A DNA stretch of 64,000 nucleotides from positions 13,082,001-13,146,000 of the forward strand of contig CM075982.1 of assembly GCA_038087875.1 (NCBI GenBank), read 5' to 3'. The notes beneath the pieces are model-generated. The model was not told the DNA's origin, ran no database searches, and saw nothing but the letters and a program-made list of their open reading frames with translations. The first letter of the stretch is position 1. Every line of letters begins with the position of its first letter. Origin of the DNA: Malacoraja senta. Its lineage: Eukaryota. A program made the translations under genes and the position numbers. Of the stretch, positions 61,846-64,000 are shown in pieces.

Positions 61846-62045
61846 NNNNNNNNNNNNNNNNNNNNNNNNNNNNNNNNNNNNNNNNNNNNNNNNNNNNNNN
61901 NNNNNNNNNNNNNNNNNNNNNNNNNNNNNNNNNNNNNNNNNNNNNNNNNNNNNNNNNNNNNNNNNNNNNNNNNNNNNNNNNNNNNNNNNNNNNNNNNNNN
62001 NNNNNNNNNNNNNNNNNNNNNNNNNNNNNNNNNNNNNNNNNNNNN
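61846..62045. other. Assembly gap (200 N)
   Basis: Run of N. Confidence 1.
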
Positions 62046-64000
62046 TCAGTTGTTCGTGAACAAAAAGAGAAGTATGCCCATATTATGGTTTTAAAATCAT
62101 ATTGGTAGTTGGAAGAAGAGTAAAACTCAGGTAGGTGAGTAGCTGAGGGGTGATATTATAGAGGTGTATAAACTCATTAGGGGGAATAGATCGGCTGAAG
62201 GCACAGAGTCTTTCCCCCAGGATAGGATAATCAAAAACTAGAGGACACAGGTTTAATGTGAGAGGAAAAACATTTAATGGGAACCCGAGGGGCAATATTT
62301 CACAGAAGATAGTAGGTAAATGAAACGAGCTGCCAGAGGAAATAGTTGAGGCAGTTGCAGTTACAACATTTAAAAGCCATTTGGGAAGCTAGATGGATGG
62401 AGAAGATTTAGGGGGATCAGGTGCAAACATGGCAAAATGCGACTAGCGTAGATGGAGCAACTTGGTCACCATTGACGAGCTGGGCTCTAAGGCTTGTTTC
62501 CGTGCTGAATGACTCCATGACTTACAAAGCTTAAAAATAAACTTCAAACTTCCAGAAGAACTCAGCAGTGCATGCAGCATCGGTGGAGATGAATATTACA
62601 TTTGTATCACGTCTGCCTCCCTTCCTGGTTTGCTTTTAGCCACTTTTGCACGCTTGAGCTGACAATAGGCAATAAACAATAGGTGCAGGAGTAGGCCATG
62701 CGGCCCTTCAAGCCAGCACTGCCATTGAATGTGATCATGGCTGATCATCCACAATCAGTACCCCATTCCTGCCTTCTCTCCATATCGCCTGACTCCACTA
62801 TCTTCAAGAGCCCTATCTAGCTCTCTCTTGGAAGTTTCCAGAGAACCAGCCTCCACTGCTGTCTGAGGCAGAGCATTCCACACTCACAACTCTCTGTGTG
62901 AAAAAGTGTTTCCTCATCTCCATTCTAAATGGCTTACCCCTTATTCTTAAACTGTGGCCCCTGGTTCTGGACTCCCCCAACATCGGGAACATGTTTCCTG
63001 CCTCTAGTGTGTCCAAACCCTTAATAATCTTATATGTTTCAATAAGATCCAATCTCATCCTTCTAAAATCCAGAGTATACAAGCCCAGCCGCTCCATTCT
63101 CTCAGCATATGACAGTCCCGCCATCCCGGGAATTAACCTTGTGTACCTATGCTGCACTCCCTCAATAGCAAGAATGTCCTTCCTCAAATTTGGAGAACAA
63201 AACTGCACACAATACTCCAGGTGTGGTCTCACTAGGGCCCTGTACAACTGCAGAAGGACCTCTTTGCTCCTATACTCAACTCCTCATGTTATGAAGGCCA
63301 ACATGCCATTTGCTTTCTTCACTGCCTGCTGTACCTGCATGCTTACTTTCATTGACTGATGAACAAGGACCCCCAGATCCCGTTGTACTTCCCCTTTTCC
63401 CAACTTTACACCATTTAGATAATAATCTTCCTTCCTATTTTTGCTACCGAAGTGGATAACCTCACATTTATCCACATTAAACTGCATCCGCCATGCATCT
63501 GCCCACTCACCCAACGTGTCCAAGTCACCCTGCATTCTCATAGCATCCTCCTCACAGTTCACACCGCCACGCAGCTTTGTGTCATGAATGTAGCTGAATG
63601 TAGCTAAACTGCCTGCTGAATGTAGCTAAACCTGGAAAGAAACAAATGGTGCAAAGATTATTGATTTGTTTTTGATGTCATTACCTGAGGCCATAGCACC
63701 TCCTAGTCTGCACTTCTTGAAATGCTCCATCTTTCAGTAAATACAGTGGTTATTAATTCACATATATACACACACACACACACACAAAATGTCAAAATAA
63801 TTTCCATGTATTTATCAAAGTTGCAGTAATGAGACAGCTTGACAGCAGCGAGCATAGCCTGCTTAATGAGTCTGTGCTGAGTTAATATCAAAACTGATCA
63901 GAGCTGTACATGTTGCCATAGCTGCCTGGCTTGTTGATGAGTTGCAAAGCTTTAAACTGGAGGGTCAGTGTTGAAATGAGCAGTCGCGATTTTATGAATA
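62046..64000 (+). repeat. Near-identical copy of 18173-20127 (includes CR1 fragments)
   Basis: Constant offset of 43,873 bp; identical ORF translations; the only difference I noticed is T20114 vs C63987. Confidence 0.97.

Noticed and set aside
61756-62108. ORFs spanning the N gap
   Set aside because: Artefacts of translating Ns.

Overview
Repeat-dense vertebrate genomic DNA. The repeat repertoire (V-SINE/HE1-like tRNA SINEs with (CTAAA)n tails, abundant CR1, Rex1-type LINEs, Penelope-like elements) suggests a cartilaginous fish, probably a skate or ray; this is an inference. I found no intact host gene. Main contents: (1) a near full-length but disabled CR1 LINE (33724-37860) with a zinc-finger/SGNH-esterase ORF1 and an APE-RT ORF2, plus many 5'-truncated CR1 and Rex1 fragments; (2) a Penelope-like GIY-YIG element with an 11-bp TSD, and about 20 short non-autonomous relatives, many carrying a minimal hammerhead-ribozyme motif (CUGAAGA-A-GGGUC/GACCC-GAAACGUC), several arranged as long palindromes; (3) an internally deleted Tc1 (DD34E, IR/DR) element and PIF/Harbinger-type MITEs with TAA TSDs; (4) an isolated, stop-free 196-codon TLR7 fragment (last LRRs, LRRCT, TM; 40012-40599, minus) lying between two inverted Harbinger-like termini (38956 and 41539), a candidate immune-gene capture by a DNA transposon; (5) a 200-N gap followed by a near-perfect copy of 18173-20127, probably an assembly or haplotype overlap. 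All calls were made by eye; many boundaries are approximate.
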